The notes under the pieces: model-generated
Database searches by the model: none
What the model was told of the DNA's origin: nothing
The model's input: the letters and a program-made list of their open reading frames with translations, nothing else
Source: Psammoneis japonica
Lineage: Eukaryota
Assembly (NCBI GenBank): GCA_008632985.1
Contig: QPGO01000238.1
Coordinates: 62,001-115,055 of the forward strand
Direction: 5' to 3'
DNA: 53,055 nt
Shown: piece by piece, positions 1-13,767 of the stretch
Layout of the letters: the number at the start of each line of letters is the position of its first letter
Numbering within the stretch: position 1 is the stretch's first letter
Position numbers and translations under genes: made by a program

Positions 1-3000
1 CATGGATCCTTCTTGTTGCATTTGCTTGACAAACGCATCTTCCAACATGCGACGCTTCGCTCGATTGTAAAAGTATTCACGAGAACGCTCCCACGGTACA
101 ACATCACGAATGACTTGCTTGGCCTTCATTCGACCAGTCTTGTCGTGCAAATCGCAAAATTCCGTGGCGGCCTGGAGGTAGACTGGCTTGAGCAACTCTT
201 CACGAGCCTTGATTTGCTCCTTGAGCGACTCTACGGTATCCACGTCCATTGAGTCTGTCATTTCGAGCTCTGAATCCAAGACTTGTAGCTGAGCATCGTT
301 CTCGTGCATGACCACCAGCTGATCCGCTGCACGGAACTTGATCTCGGCAATGCCTGCAGGAAAGTTGCATGGGGAGAAAATGAGAGTACGGTACGAGCGT
401 GAGCAAGCAAGAAACAACGTTTTGATGACTTACCAGATGGCTCAAGGATACCACCACGAGATTCGGGATCTGCGTACATTTCCATCTGGGCCTTGTTAAT
501 GGTTGGATCCAACACCACCCAAGAACCTCCACGAAGTTCTCCGTGAGGTGGAATATAAATGTAGACTGGATTTGTGCATTCGCACAAGGCATCAACAATC
601 ATGGAACCAAACTTCAATACTTCCATGGCCATGTCTCGACTTCCACCACTAAAGCCTCTCCAGTTGGCGAAAATCATGATTGGCAGGCCTTCCTTGTCAA
701 AGTCGCGAATGGACTGAGCCGTCTTGAATGCAGAGTCGGGGTACCACACCTTTCCGGCTTGGGGTAAGACAGATTCGCTCGATTCAGGATTAGCAGGATC
801 GGCCGGTATAACTTGCTCCACTTGGCGAGTTTCGACGGCAATTGCTCCCATGGGTATTCCACCAACGCGACCTCGGCCAACTACAACACTCTTACCCCAT
901 CCAGGTAGATACTCTTTGAAGCTTCCCTTATCGAAGAAACCGGGACGAGACGGAGTACCAGTGAAGATCAGGCGTGGATCATAGGGAGTTCGGGAAGGAC
1001 GCCACATGACATTACGATTCGGTGGATCGGCAAAATTGCGACAGGCAGGAAGATCTCCCACTGTTTTTGGAACGTAGCTGAGCCACTCGAGAATCGCATC
1101 AACACCTTCTTGGTCGTTGTCAACCTGCAAATGCGAGACACCATTCGGAATCATCACCTGCGGACCACCGAGCTGATCTTGTGAATTATACACCGCCCGA
1201 CCCAGCAGCTTATTCAACGCAGCAAAGCCTGTGAGAATAATCGGACCATTTGTCTTTTGAATGATTCGCTGTCCAAGGCGTACAAGATAGGCTCCGATTC
1301 CAACACTGCGACCAGTTACGTAGCTCAAGGTGAATACCTCCTCGTATGCTCGAGACGTTTCGCCAGCAATCTTGCCGCTTCCTTGGAGATTCTCGACTCC
1401 AATTCCATGCACGGTCCCAATGACATCATCTACAGCCCATCCCTCAGGAACCTTGTGCGCATTGACTGCTCCTTCTGGCAGAGCTTTGTAGTCGCCATCG
1501 GTGAGATATAGATACTCAAAGCCCTTCGATGGATTCGACTTGTCGTAAAACTTGAGTTTGATCTTTGACTTGAGGTCATCATAGAGACCAATCCGGGCAC
1601 CGGCATTGCAGGCAATGTAGACACGAGGAATCTTGCGTTCGCGAGCATACTCAGAAGCCTTGCAATACACTTCATCTTCGTCAACAGAGAACGAGCCACT
1701 CTTGACTGTAACATCGTTCGCGACAACGACAACGTCGCGGCCTTCGGGGTACTCTGGAGTCTTCATTGTTACGTGCCATGCAAGCATGCCGACCTTGTTT
1801 GTACCAATCGGTCTGAATCCCGGTTCGAGTTTTCCATTTTCTCCTTCAATAAGCTCAGTCGACTTGAATATATCTTTCGGCATTTCGATGGATGGATTCC
1901 TTTGCATAAATGGCTGCGGTTCTTTTTGCGCTTTGATATACGTGTTCCACTGCTGCACTAAGCCAACCTCGAGTAAACTCAGAAAATCATAAACATACGC
2001 GGATCCAACGTTTCTGGCTATTGCTCTTTTGGACTGGATGGTGCTCGACGGCTTGTATGCATCTAGCAAACAGACATCACCGTCTCCTTCTCCAAGGATG
2101 CATGACTCATTCGTAATTCCAGTGACCGGATCCGGATAGTCAATGTATGTGGTTGGCTTGAGCCATTCGCCTTCCAAGGAAGACGCGACGAAGCGAATCG
2201 GTTGGACCATCGGTTGCCCAGCTTCGTCAGTAGCAGCAAGGCGAGATAGAATCTCCACCTGATCAACTCGAAGTTTCAACAACCGAGTCGCATACTTGCT
2301 CTTGAGTTGAGCGACAATATCCTTGAACCCAGCAGCGAGCTTTTCTGGGTCAGCATCTTTCAGTGGCGGAAGAGAGTGGAGGAATATCTTGGACGATGAT
2401 TTACGATTCACTTTCGAATTTGCCTGGGCACGTTCGAGCTCATCGAGACCCAGAAGCAACACGCGTTCTGCTCCTTGGAATGTCAGGACTTTGCGAGTGT
2501 TACTGACTCCGCGAACAAAGACAACTTGTTGAGGGCCGCCTCGAACAGGCTTATCAGCCTTTTCGGTACCGAGAAAGACCTGTACCACTTCTTTTCCCAC
2601 ACTATGGAGATGTTCAAGGTCTGCGGGAACGAGAAACAATGTGAGTATGGAATGCTCTTCTATCGATTCATTAGGAGAAGATCACAGGCAGAACGCACCA
2701 AAGTTGTCGTCCAAACGTTCGAGCTCGAGAATGTGGTGTGACGTAGGCCTTATGCTTCGCCTGGATCGATCTTCTTTGAATCCGTTGTACTGTGGGAATG
2801 TAAAGTACTCGGGATTTTGCTTTGGGACTGGGACAACCACATTGACCTTTGAAATACCAAGCTTCTGGAGCAAGCCTTCCTCTTCTTCAATTGCCTTCTC
2901 GACAGCCTCGACGTCAATGTCTTTTCCGCATCCCTGACAAACAATAAAGACTTCATGAGATGGTTTGCCAGCTGCAGCCTTGGGAAGTTTCTCCCCAAAT

Positions 3001-6000
3001 GAAGTCAAGATACTTGGCAGCTCCTTCTTCAAGCCGTTTAGTGAAGGGATGACTCGAAGAATGCCATGGCGAACGGTGCTGGAAGTCGATGGAACATCCA
3101 AGTGCTGGTTCGACCAATAAACAGTTCGTCCATTGTCTTCAACTTTGACGTCGAGAAGTCGATAAGCCCGATAGATGCGACGAACGTAAAGCTCGAGAGC
3201 CTTGGCTTGTACCACTGGATCCGGGTCAGCAAAGAGATGCGTTAGCATATCAACTCCGGCAGAAATGGCAGCACTACCAGCCAACTCGTCAAGTGTCGCG
3301 CTCTCTTCCAAAAGCTTTGATCGAAGCTCACTGACACGATCGTCAAACGGAGGCGCTTGGGAATCACGAATGATTGTGTCTGCCTCATTCACCAGGTCTC
3401 CGTATTCTTTTGAATCAAGACCGCGAATCTTCTCGAGGCTGTCAATCATTGCTTCAGGGAAACGGTCAAGGTCAAATCTTGCACGGAGTGACTCGGCTTG
3501 GCGCAGCATGGCGAGCAGTAGCTTGATCCGGGTCTCGAGTTGTTGGTGGGCACGAATAATGGAGATCGCCTCACCCTCGTCATCGGCGTGGGACTTGATC
3601 AAGTCGCGGATGGCTTCATCGGGGATCTTTCCATCAAAGAGTGCTTCTACTCGCATGAATTCTTCCAGTGTATCCGTGATGAGATCCATTGATGCATCCA
3701 CATCTTTTGCATCAGCAAACGCCTTTTGCGCGACCGCATCGGGATCATTTTCAAAGCCTGCAAGAGTATGGGTCAGAGCATCTCTGGGATCCGCAGACGA
3801 AGCAACCCCAGAAACATCAAGTTCCCCCCCAAATGTTTCAATCTGCTTCACATGAGAAGGATCTGCGACTTCCAAGGTGGCAAGCAAGTCTCCAGCTGCA
3901 ATCACTGTACCGGGAGCCAGATTGTGTGTGATGCGGCCAGCCTCGGTAGCAACCTGAGTCATGATCATTTTCATAGCTTCCACTTCAACATACCCTTCGC
4001 CCTTCTTCACGTTGGCTCCATTGGGTTGAAGATATCGCACAATCTTTCCGGTGACATCTGTACGAAGCTCGGACGGATCAATGATGTCGGGCATGAGTGT
4101 TGTGACGCTATCCAGAACCAGGCGAAGGCCAAGAGGCTCGACTCGACCGACAATACGATGCATTTCGTTGCCATACGACGCCAAAAGTGCACCCTCAGCA
4201 GATTCTGTGATGTCCATGTCTATATCTTGTCCATTGATAGAGAAGCGGTAGGTGTCGGGGCCAATAAGAGTGACGGTAAATTGATACTTGATGTCCTCGT
4301 AAGGTATTTCAACATCGAACTTGGAAATGGAAGGAATTCCTCCAACAAAAACTTGACCCTTTTGAAAGGAATCAACGACCGCCTTTGTTTCAGCCTGCCA
4401 AGAAATGGATAGAAAACATTGCACGCTGAGAAGGCCGCGGCTGCATCCAAGATAGGCCAACAAACGACTACAATAACGTTCTTACCTTGACGTGCTCAAA
4501 GGCACGAAACGCCGCCGCTGCCAGAACGACTTGGTGTGGTGGCTGAGCAACGCGTAGGCTCTTTTCCTTCAAAAGCCCGTCGAGCCACGATGTCGTGACC
4601 GCGTTCGTCTTGAACTCATCAGTCTCGAGAAGCTGCACAAGATATTCCACAGTGGTTCGAATCTCACCCCGCACTTCGAGGTCCTTGAGTGCCACAATGA
4701 GTGACTTTCGTGCCGATTCCCGGGTGGGACTCTTGGCAAAGACGTGTCCAAACTGCGAATCGGCAAACTCGTGAATGCCACCATTGGGTCCAATGCAGAA
4801 ATAGCCCCAAACATTGCCGGCCGACTGGAACTTGACGCGTTCAATTTTGCCAGCCGTGGGTTTGAAGCCCTCGTCGGGGTTCTCAGCAGTGATACGGGCA
4901 GCAATCACATGAGTATCGACTTGAGGGTAGTCTTCGGCAATAAAGTCAATGTCACTGGTTCCATAAACGTCATCCTTGCCATAGAATCGACGGACTTCTG
5001 GAATGTTGGAGAGTGGAATTCCCATGGCCACCTGAAGCTGTGTGGCTGGAAGATTGACATTGGTAATACCCTCCGTCACTGGATGCTCGACTTGAAGACG
5101 AGGATTAAGCTCGAGAAAGTAGTACTTGTTCTTGTCGGCATTGTAGAGAAACTCGACCGTTCCGGCTCCAATGTATCCAATCGATTGCGTCAAACGCTGA
5201 GCAGCCTTTTCCATTTCCCGAAACGTCTCCTTGGGAACAATTGCGGGTGGGGCCTCCTCGAAAATCTTTTGAAAGCGACGTTGGGTGGAACAATCACGAC
5301 CGGAAAACGCCACTGCGTGTCCGCTCTCGTCACCAACAATTTGCACTTCAATGTGGCGATTGTTTTGGCAGAGCTGCATGAGAAAAATGGGACTGCCAAT
5401 GACTTCGTTCTGAACCTGCAAAAACATGTCGGGCAAATCTTCTTCCTTGTACACGAGACGAATGCCCTTGCCTCCTCCGCCTTCGCTCGCCTTGATCATG
5501 ATTCCATTTTCGTATCCGATACGACGAGCCACCTCGAGGGCTTGTTCGACCGTGCGGCATGTGCCCTTTTCAAAGGTTTCTTCAGGAATGGTGCCCTCTT
5601 CTGTAAGGTCCGCCACGAGCGGTCCGTCGTTTTCGCCACCAAAGGATCCGCTCCAGGGTCTGAATGACGAAAAAAATGAAACATGTTTAGCATAGCAGAA
5701 ACCAACGTAGGGAGAACATGCATACAAGTCATACTTACACCGACGGAAGTCCGGCAGTCTGAGCCAAAATATTGGCAGCAATCTTGTCTCCCAACACCGA
5801 CATGACGGGCGAGGTGGGTCCAATAAACTTGATTCCAAGCTTGGTCAAGGTTTCTGGGAGTTTGGGGTTCTCACTCGCGTGTCCCCAGCCGGGCCATACG
5901 GCATCGACGCCTGTATTGATAACGAGACGTGCGATGAGCGATTCATAAGTCATTTTAATCCATAAAAGCGAAACAAAATGACTATAAGAATCAATACCAG

Positions 6001-6551
6001 TTGACTCACCTTGTTCTTTGGCTACTTCCGAAATAACAGTCACGTTCGCGTAGTTGTTGAGATTCTTTCCGCCCGGCACTTGAACAAAGGAGTCAGCCAA
6101 TCGCACAAACTCGGCATTGGCTGCAATGTCTTCGGGTGTCGCCATGGCGACAAACTCAATCGCTGCCTCGTCACCTAACTCCATATATGCCCATTGGCGC
6201 TGAAGAAAGAATGATATAAGTCAAAACGCGAATCGTCAAAAGCAAAATGACCCTTTTCAGAATAAAACGTACCATGCTTAGAATGGATTTGGTGGCCGCC
6301 ATGCCATTGTTGGCAATCAGTACCTTGCGTATAGGACGATTACCACCACGATCCTTGACGTATGACTCCAACGTGTCGGTATTTGCTTTGCCCGTGGCAA
6401 AGGAATCTTCTTCAACATACAAGTTCAAGGCCGTTTTGGGAGCCTTGCTGTGGATCCGCCGCGCAAAGGACGGAGGTTTCAGCGAAGAAAAGGCAAGCGC
6501 AGTCTCGGCTGCTGCTAGGCCCGCCATGGCCATGACGAGTCCACGTCCCAT
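1..6551 (-). CDS. ACC: Multidomain (homomeric) acetyl-CoA carboxylase, probably plastid-targeted; 3' end runs off the window
   Basis: Biotin carboxylase motifs ([47 protein letters not shown]), biotinylation motif EVEAMKM, carboxyltransferase motifs ([19 protein letters not shown]). GT-AG introns at about 6272-6200, 6009-5911, 5738-5660, 4485-4395, 2698-2621 and 433-354 join the ORF pieces in frame. N-terminus [23 protein letters not shown] resembles a diatom bipartite (ASAF-type) presequence. Confidence 0.96.
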
Positions 6552-7138
6552 GGTTGTAATTCTATTTCGTCTTGTTCTATTGTTGTGAGGTGTGTGAGTG
6601 GTTGTGTGTGTGTTCTTTGCGTTCTTTTTTGTTTTTGTGTCCACGCGTTTCGAGAAAAATGCCGAGCGGAAATCTTTTCAGGGTTCGCATCGACCACCAA
6701 AGATACCGGTGTTCGCATCTTTTTCGTGTTCGTATTTGGGATATTTGCATAAGAATATGCAATATTGATTATTAGTATTGCAAAAAATTCCGAACCTCGT
6801 GGACCTCGTATCGCTGATTTGAGTGAGGTTCAAGTTGGACATACGGTATGGCTCGTAAAATATTTGTAAGTAGAAATCACGTGAAGAATATACCATACAT
6901 CATAACGTTTGGTCCCATGCATGCCATTGCACTTCATGTCGGCATGTCGGTGAGTCGGGTGCAACTGCCCGACCTGCGCTCGCTTTCTGCAGAACTGTCT
7001 GACGGAATTTCTGGTGTCTCAATAGGAATCTTTCGAAAATGACCCGTGACGTAAATCGCATAAATTACTTATGGACGTCCGTAGAATCTACACGTTTTTG
7101 TACCAAAACTGTTATCGTCTCAAAACTTTTGCAGAAAA

Positions 7139-7219
7139 GGACATTACTGCTAACTGATCAGGCGTATTTCTGCAAATATGTTGTTCTAAAATACGCCTGA
7201 TCACTTTGCAGTAAAGTCC
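7139..7219. repeat. Imperfect palindrome/hairpin, 31-bp arms
   Basis: ggacattactgctaactgatcaggcgtattt (7139-7169) versus the reverse complement of 7189-7219, ggactttactgcaaagtgatcaggcgtattt; 3 mismatches. Confidence 0.9.
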
Positions 7220-7339
7220 ATTTTTCGCAGAATTAAAATTCACTAAGGGTAGACAGACAGACAATTTCATATTTTTGCTGGTGCTGGTCTACATAATTTC
7301 TACGTATTTTTATGAAACAATGACTCTACGGCACGAAAG

Positions 7340-10150
7340 ATTGCTGTTGTTCACATGACATCTACCGGCATGTGAAAAAGTCAGTGCCTGCTTCCCAACC
7401 ATCATTTTTGAATTTCTCTTGCAGCAACAAAACCGTTCAGAATTTCACTGCCGGCACAGAAATGGGACGATGAGTTTTCTCACTCCCCGTTGTGGTTCCA
7501 ATGCTGAGCCCACACACCAAGTCTTGTTGCCCAGCTTTTCTTGCAGCACTGTCGGTCTCTTGTGCAAGGCCGCATGTGACCACAAGTCTCATCTTGTCAT
7601 TTTGTTGTTTGCTTGCAAACAGTTGTTGGACGTGTTGCCCCCATGTTCTCACATCGCTTTCTGTTGTCATGTTGTTCTTAGAAACATGACGATGAGTTGC
7701 TGTCATGACCCATCATTGTTCCAACAACACTTGTGCCAATGCCCATTGCTTGGCTTTTCTTGCTGTGCTGTCAGTCTCTTGTGTGAGGCCACCTGTGTGA
7801 CCACAACTCTTGTCATTTTGTTGTTTGCTCACAAGCATTGCCCCCATTTTCTCACCTTGCATTGCGCAGGGAAAAACTGCACTTCGCAATCAATCTTGCG
7901 CCACACAAGCAAGCCCTCTTTTTTTTTATTCACACTGCGACCATTCACTCAGCATTCATTGTTTCTCAGCTTTGACACCACAGATCGTGTTTTTCTCATT
8001 CTGTCACCAGACTGTCATGCCAGTTAGATCATTCTGCTGCTTCAGTGTCAAAAGAAGCTCAAGAAGCTTTCTTCTTCTTGTCTGGCATCTCCTTGTCCAT
8101 TCATCTTTGTCTTTGTTGTCAGGCCAATCATGAGTCAGCGTCTCCTGGGCCAAGGCCATGCTGTCTTCATCACTTGGCAGCTCATTGTCACATGCCTCAG
8201 GCATGGGGCAATTGTTGAAACACAGTGGAAAAGGTGAGTTTTTGACTTTTTGGAACATCTTCTCTCCACCTGACAGATGCCTCACAGAGACTTGGCACAC
8301 CTGACATTGCAGCGGCATGACAACATGGGATGTGCCACATTGATGCTGGCATCTGCAGTCACAAACGCAATGTGACACCATCCATGCAGAGCTTCTGGGA
8401 CCACACAAGAAGGTTGTCAAGAGATCTCTGGAGCAACTGATGCAGATCTTCACTTGATGAAGTGGCGCGGCCCAAATCTTGTGTGGAGCATTGGAGCCAG
8501 CCACCCAGGAGGAATGCCAAGCAATGACAAGGCCAAACCAAGTGGTGCAGCCTCCTGAACACACTCGGAAATGTCAGCAACACCAAGCAACATTGCCACC
8601 TGAACAAAACAAGAAACAAAGATCAGGTGCCATGACTTTGACAAGACAAGGGAGGGGTGCATGCCAGCTTGCCAACGTTGAGCCAGAGCTCTCCGTGGCC
8701 TGGCTGATGTGTTGTTTGGTTTTTGAGGCGAGAGGGTTTGGAGAGATGTGTCTTCAACAAATGGACACCGGCAACACACAAAATCTGAGTGCAATTCAAA
8801 CAGAGGGGGAAGAAACAATCCTCATTGATGGGGACAAGCATTGAAATTCAAATGGAGAGAAACGGACACCAAAAACAGAAGAGAGAGATTTGGGGTTTCC
8901 ACGCATCAGTTCTGGGTTTCTTGCAAGGTTTTTTGTGTGGTTCTGGGTTGGAAAATGGTGGCCCGACAACCTTGCTGGAGGCAAGAGATTTGTCAAGGCA
9001 GTCATCAATGTGAAGAACAAAGTTTTGAAAGTGAAGAAGGAGCACAGGAAGTCGGAAGACAAAAGGGACGGGAGGTTTGCCATCAGCCGAGGAGGGCAAG
9101 ATCTGGCAATGGTGTGTCAATTCTTGGGTCTGCAGTGCAGGCAAGTGCAAGGAAAGCGCGGAAAGATGGGCGGGCAGTGATGCCAAGTTGGTGGATGAAA
9201 CAGCAGACTCAAGGAGGGCAGCGAAAGGATGGAAGCTTGGGGGGAGAGTGGGGAGGAGCTGAAGGATCAAAGAGAAAGTGTGCAAAACAGGGTGGCAGTG
9301 AAAGGATTGTAAACGGAGGGAGACAGGGATCAGGCAGAGGACTTGGATGGAAGGTGATTGGTGGGAGAGTGACATCACACCAAGTGAGGGCTGGAAAGTC
9401 CATGTCGGAGCAAGACCAATGCAAGGGGGGAGAGATGAGAGTTGGGAAGGCTGGTTGACACCAACTTTGGGAGTCAAAGGTTGTTGGGACCTTGGGGCAT
9501 GTGATCATGTTGTTGCCATTGGCAGGACAGACTGAGGAGAGCAGGAAGGAGGTCATTTCAGCGGCAGTCCAGTGATGATCATTGAGTTGCAGATTGGCAT
9601 TGGAAGGCTGGTGGTGGTGTTTGCAGGAGTTGTCAGAAAGGTTGCATTTGCAGGAGTCATCAGAAGGGTCATCGAATGAACCCGGGTCGTCGAGGAAGAA
9701 CTCGTCCATGCCCCACCAAAGCAACAAAAAGCAGAGAGAACTGGCACTTGCCTGGCCAAAGATTGTGATTTAAGGAAACTGCTGGCTTTCAATCCAGCAG
9801 AGCAACACAGTCGGCAACCGGTGCAATTGCTGATTGCATTGACATGGAGGCGGAGAAGTGGAGCAAACATGGGGTCACGCACGATCAAAAGAGGGCTGTG
9901 TTGATGCGGTCATGCCTGATCGTGGAAGGGCCATTGGTGAGGTGATGCATGATCAAGAAGGAAGAAACAAGGGTGGAGTCATGCAGGCGAATGGTGTTTA
10001 AAGGGGCGGCAGAATTTGGAAGGGTGGAGAAAGAAACTCTGGAACGGTGGTGAGGAAGGTCACGGGATGGAGAAACTCAGGAGAGGCTGTCGGAGGAGGT
10101 GTCAGGAAGGGGTGGTGTGGGGCTGCATGTTGTTTAATGTTGGTTGAAGA
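7340..10150. mobile_element. Degenerate repeat-derived tract, TpA- and CpG-depleted; family not identifiable
   Basis: Very few TA or CG dinucleotides and a strong TG/CA excess; internal direct duplication 7534-7618 / 7753-7834 with CA/TG reciprocal differences; no recognisable protein. Confidence 0.55.
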
Positions 10151-10944
10151 AAGGAAGGAAAGCAAAGGGTTGGCACTTGAGGGTAGAGAGGATGAGAGAG
10201 AGAGGGTCGACGAAGCTGTGCCGAGGTTGGAAACGATGAGGAAAATGGTGAAAACCGAAACAACGCGAAGGATGCATCGCAAAGGAAATGGACCATTGTG
10301 CGATGGAGGATCAGGAGCCCATTTCGGGAGGTGTAGCGAAGTGCTACTTGACTGGGGAGTAAACCCCGTCGGCGTTGTCGTTAAGGCTTTCGTCATCGTC
10401 TCGCTGTTTCGCATCGCAAGAATGTTCCGTTCAGACAGTTGGGAGGTGTCTGTGGTGTGGTCGGGCGGAGTGCACCCGGCGCGCGGACAAAGGGGACATC
10501 GTACAGGTGGGGATAGGATTTATTTGTTGCGTTGCTTCCCCGTGTATCTTGAATTGGACTTGACCAACCAAAAACCTTATGGAGGGCCCTCTACTCGCTA
10601 GTATTACTGCAGGGCCTAGCTAGGGCCCTTAGATTCTGTTCAGACGTGCATGGTCATTGATTTGTTAAGTTGGAGGAGGATGCGCACTGCAGGGCCTAGT
10701 AGGTAGAGAGGGTCCTTAGATTCTGTGCTGACGTGAATGGTCGTTATTTTTTTTTGTTAGAAGTTACTCGTAGAGGGGAGGCCCATGCCTCGTCTTCCAA
10801 GCAAACTCGATCAAAGCAGGTGTCGGCCCAACTCATGACTACCGGATCAAGAAGTAAACAATTGATTCCTTTTTACGATTCATCCAGGCATTCGATTAGC
10901 CAAATCGATCATATCAAGCTGGTTCTGCTCATAAGGTAGACCTG

Positions 10945-12102
10945 TTATGATCGCAAGGAATCTTCAAGTGCCTTGTCTAAAACAGGATGGCCTATTCTTC
11001 GCTTGGGTGGTGGATCCTTGACTTGTGGTACATGAATGTCGCAACAATTGTCCTCGTCTCGGCAGTGTCTTGCAAGCACCACTCCTTCTTCTTCATTACT
11101 GGGATCGCTGCAATGGAGAATGACCCAGGAGGCTGGATTGTCTCGTTTTTGTAGTTGAACTTGCTCGTACAGGTATCGGTCCAAATCTTGTCGGAATGCA
11201 ACCGGATCATGCTGGAGAGATGCTGATTCCTTTTTCATGATCCAATCCAGGGTTTGTTTTGCTAAATCATTCGGACATGCCATGGTTGTATCATTGACAC
11301 AAGATTGTCGAAATAAAAGAATCGAATCGGAAACGACTCGTTCGTCCTCGTCAGATAGCACCATCACGTTTTGTTGGGTATTGTTGTAGAGCTTCTGCTG
11401 CCTCCAAATTTTGGACAAGGCGATACTACCCTTTTGTCCCATGGTTTTGGCATATTTCATTGGAACATAACCACTGACCGTGCCACTCGCCATTAAGCAC
11501 CACAGCACTAAATCAAATTGAAGAGACGAATCTGCTTGTTTGTACAGACTCTCAAAGTCTCCCCCACCACACGTTGTTGTTGCATTATTTGCGATAAAGT
11601 TATCCACATCCTCTTGTTCCCACGTTTGCATGGAAAATCGAGTTGATACACTAAAGGCTCGATGCATGGTGCGTCCTACAACAATCATGTCTTGGACGGC
11701 AAGTCTTGCTTGTTTGTTTTCCGGAGTAGCAAAGACCCAATTCTGAAAAAATCGTGCCTTGTCAAAATCGTGCTTGGGTGAAACGTCCGAGGGAAACAAC
11801 GTCATGACTGTCACGATCGGCCGTGGTATTTGTTGTCGACGTTTGGCTCGAAACATGGATTTAAAGTAAAACAACAAGACCATGCAAACGACGAGACCCG
11901 TCAGAAACACCAACACTACCAAATAAAATTTCGTGAACAAGTCGTTTGCTTGATTCTGGCCCTTGTTGATTTGTTTTGTTGTTTTTCGTTCGTGTCGTTC
12001 TTCAGAATGTTGATGATTGAGAATGCGACGACGACGAGTCAAAGCAGAAGAACTTGGAGAGGACGACGACATGACGACGGCTGGTGTTGCGCCATTGGCC
12101 AT
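10945..12102 (-). CDS. Single-pass membrane protein of unknown function (385 aa)
   Basis: Uninterrupted ATG-initiated ORF with normal composition and one hydrophobic segment (FYLVVLVFLTGLVVCMVLLFYF) near the N-terminus. Confidence 0.75.
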   Translation of the reverse strand: MANGATPAVVMSSSSPSSSALTRRRRILNHQHSEERHERKTTKQINKGQNQANDLFTKFYLVVLVFLTGLVVCMVLLFYFKSMFRAKRRQQIPRPIVTVMTLFPSDVSPKHDFDKARFFQNWVFATPENKQARLAVQDMIVVGRTMHRAFSVSTRFSMQTWEQEDVDNFIANNATTTCGGGDFESLYKQADSSLQFDLVLWCLMASGTVSGYVPMKYAKTMGQKGSIALSKIWRQQKLYNNTQQNVMVLSDEDERVVSDSILLFRQSCVNDTTMACPNDLAKQTLDWIMKKESASLQHDPVAFRQDLDRYLYEQVQLQKRDNPASWVILHCSDPSNEEEGVVLARHCRDEDNCCDIHVPQVKDPPPKRRIGHPVLDKALEDSLRS

Positions 12103-12240
12103 TGGATTTCCTTTCTTGTCATGAATCTGACTGAAATAATCTTGAAATCTGGGGATGTCTCCACCCCTGACCAGGGCGGGGTCCGGGGAAATGGCGGTGA
12201 CGTGGCAGAATCTTTGTACAGTACAGTGCTGTAGATCGCA

Positions 12241-13767
12241 CCCCTGCGTCAGTGGAGAGTATGGTTGGTGATGTCATGGTGATGTATGCTCACGTCATGG
12301 CATTTTTATATTTGTATTCATGTAAAAACAATTACATTTGTACACAAATGCTCATAGTTGCAGGAAAAATCCTGAACCACACTCTCCCCTAAATCTCGAG
12401 TCGCCTCGAAGGGACCCCACCAATTGACCAGTTTTGGTGCTCTGCAGCACCGCGAAAAAAGCACGCGTCCCAGCAACCTTGCCATGATGCTTTCAGAACA
12501 TTCGTCCCCTCCCACTTCCGACGAAGAAGCGACCAACGGTGTTGATGTCATTGACCTCACTGCAACAGGCAATGTTGTTGAAATTGCCGTCGCAAGCACA
12601 TTGCTTCCGAAATTGTGCCTCATTTATGAGATGGATTCTTGCAGACCTCATCCAAATGAAAGCTGGCAACACAGCCATGGTTGTGCTGCAGGGTGGCTTT
12701 GTGCATTGGTTTCCGGCACTGGTCGGGGCCAAGCGACAGCAGGGGAACTACGGCAAGGACAACACCGCGAGTGCAAACTCCAACAACATCTCGAACAAGC
12801 GATTTGCCACCACCTGTAGGTTGGACCAGCAGACAAGGTCTGGCGGAACATTTGCGAGAAGACTCAATCAAGCTGGACCCAACCGCGGTCTGCCAACCAC
12901 ATGGATGCTTGCCAAAGACATTGACAGATGCAGTGTCAAAAGATTGGGAGGCACAGGTCCAAAATGGGTTGTGGCCCGCCGTGGTGCAAGCAGTGGCATG
13001 CACTGTGGAGCATGAGTGAAAAAAAATGGCGTGAGACAGTGTAACGGCACTGTTGGCATTTTTGGTGCACAACAGCAATGCACGACACATGTGTCATTGC
13101 CTGATGGACCGGGCGCAGTGGGAAAGGCATCCGCCGGAATGTTGGTCATGGCGTTGGCATTGGCAAAAAAATCAGTGGCAGGCACTGCGCAGACACAGAC
13201 AAAAGGTGTTAGTTGGTGCCAAACAATTTCGTCAGTGTCGGGCCAATGAGAGACAAAGCAACATCATCACCTCTTGTGCCAGTCGGGTGAGGAAAGCTTC
13301 CGGGTGTGGCAGCTGCGGGAAAGGCAGAAGCGGCGATGTCATTGATGCCAGAAGCTTCGGCAGGTGGTGGAGCTGAAAAAACAGAGTGTCAGCAAATGAG
13401 GTGTCATTTCGGAAGCAACAGGGCTGCGACGGTAATTTCAACAACCTCACCTGTTGCAGTGGGGCAAACAGCATCAGTGCCGTTGGTCGCTTCTTCGTCA
13501 GAAGTGGGAGGGGACGAACATTCTGAAAGCATCATGGTGAGGTTGTTGTGCCGTGTGCTTTTTTTGCGGTAAAGAGATGGCTGAAAACTGGTCAATTGGT
13601 GGGGTCCCTTCGAGGCGGCTTGAGATTTGGGGGTGCCATGGGGTGCAGGAGATTGCTTGTGCACGCACATGCACTCGCCTCAATGCGAATGTTCTCTTCT
13701 CAACGCATGTGATGACATCATCACACATCACACACAACCACATCCCACAGTGCCACTGATGCAGGGG
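12241..13767. mobile_element. Foldback/TIR element with long inverted repeats enclosing a RecQ-like helicase fragment
   Basis: About 240-bp inverted repeats at 12387-12625 and 13395-13633; outer ends cccctgcgtcagtgg / ccactgatgcagggg; flanked by the direct repeat gctgtagatcgca at 12228-12240 and 13769-13781. Confidence 0.8.
12640..12900 (-). pseudogene. RecQ/SF2 helicase motif I-Ia fragment
   Basis: Translation LLVQPTGGGKSLVRDVVGVCTRGVVLAVVPLLSLGPDQ matches the RecQ Walker A (PTGGGKS) and motif Ia (VVxPLxSLxxDQ) pattern. Confidence 0.75.

Noticed and set aside
3202..5667. Long plus-strand ORFs opposite ACCase
   Set aside because: These are antisense shadows of a conserved coding sequence.
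7419..10414. Many overlapping 100-200 aa ORFs on both strands here and in the other TpA-poor tracts
   Set aside because: Loss of TAA and TAG inflates ORF length in all frames; the products are Cys/His-rich with no recognisable domain.
10606..10750. Short imperfect duplication (actgcagggcctag...ccttagattctgt)
   Set aside because: Two short diverged copies with no further structure; function cannot be inferred.
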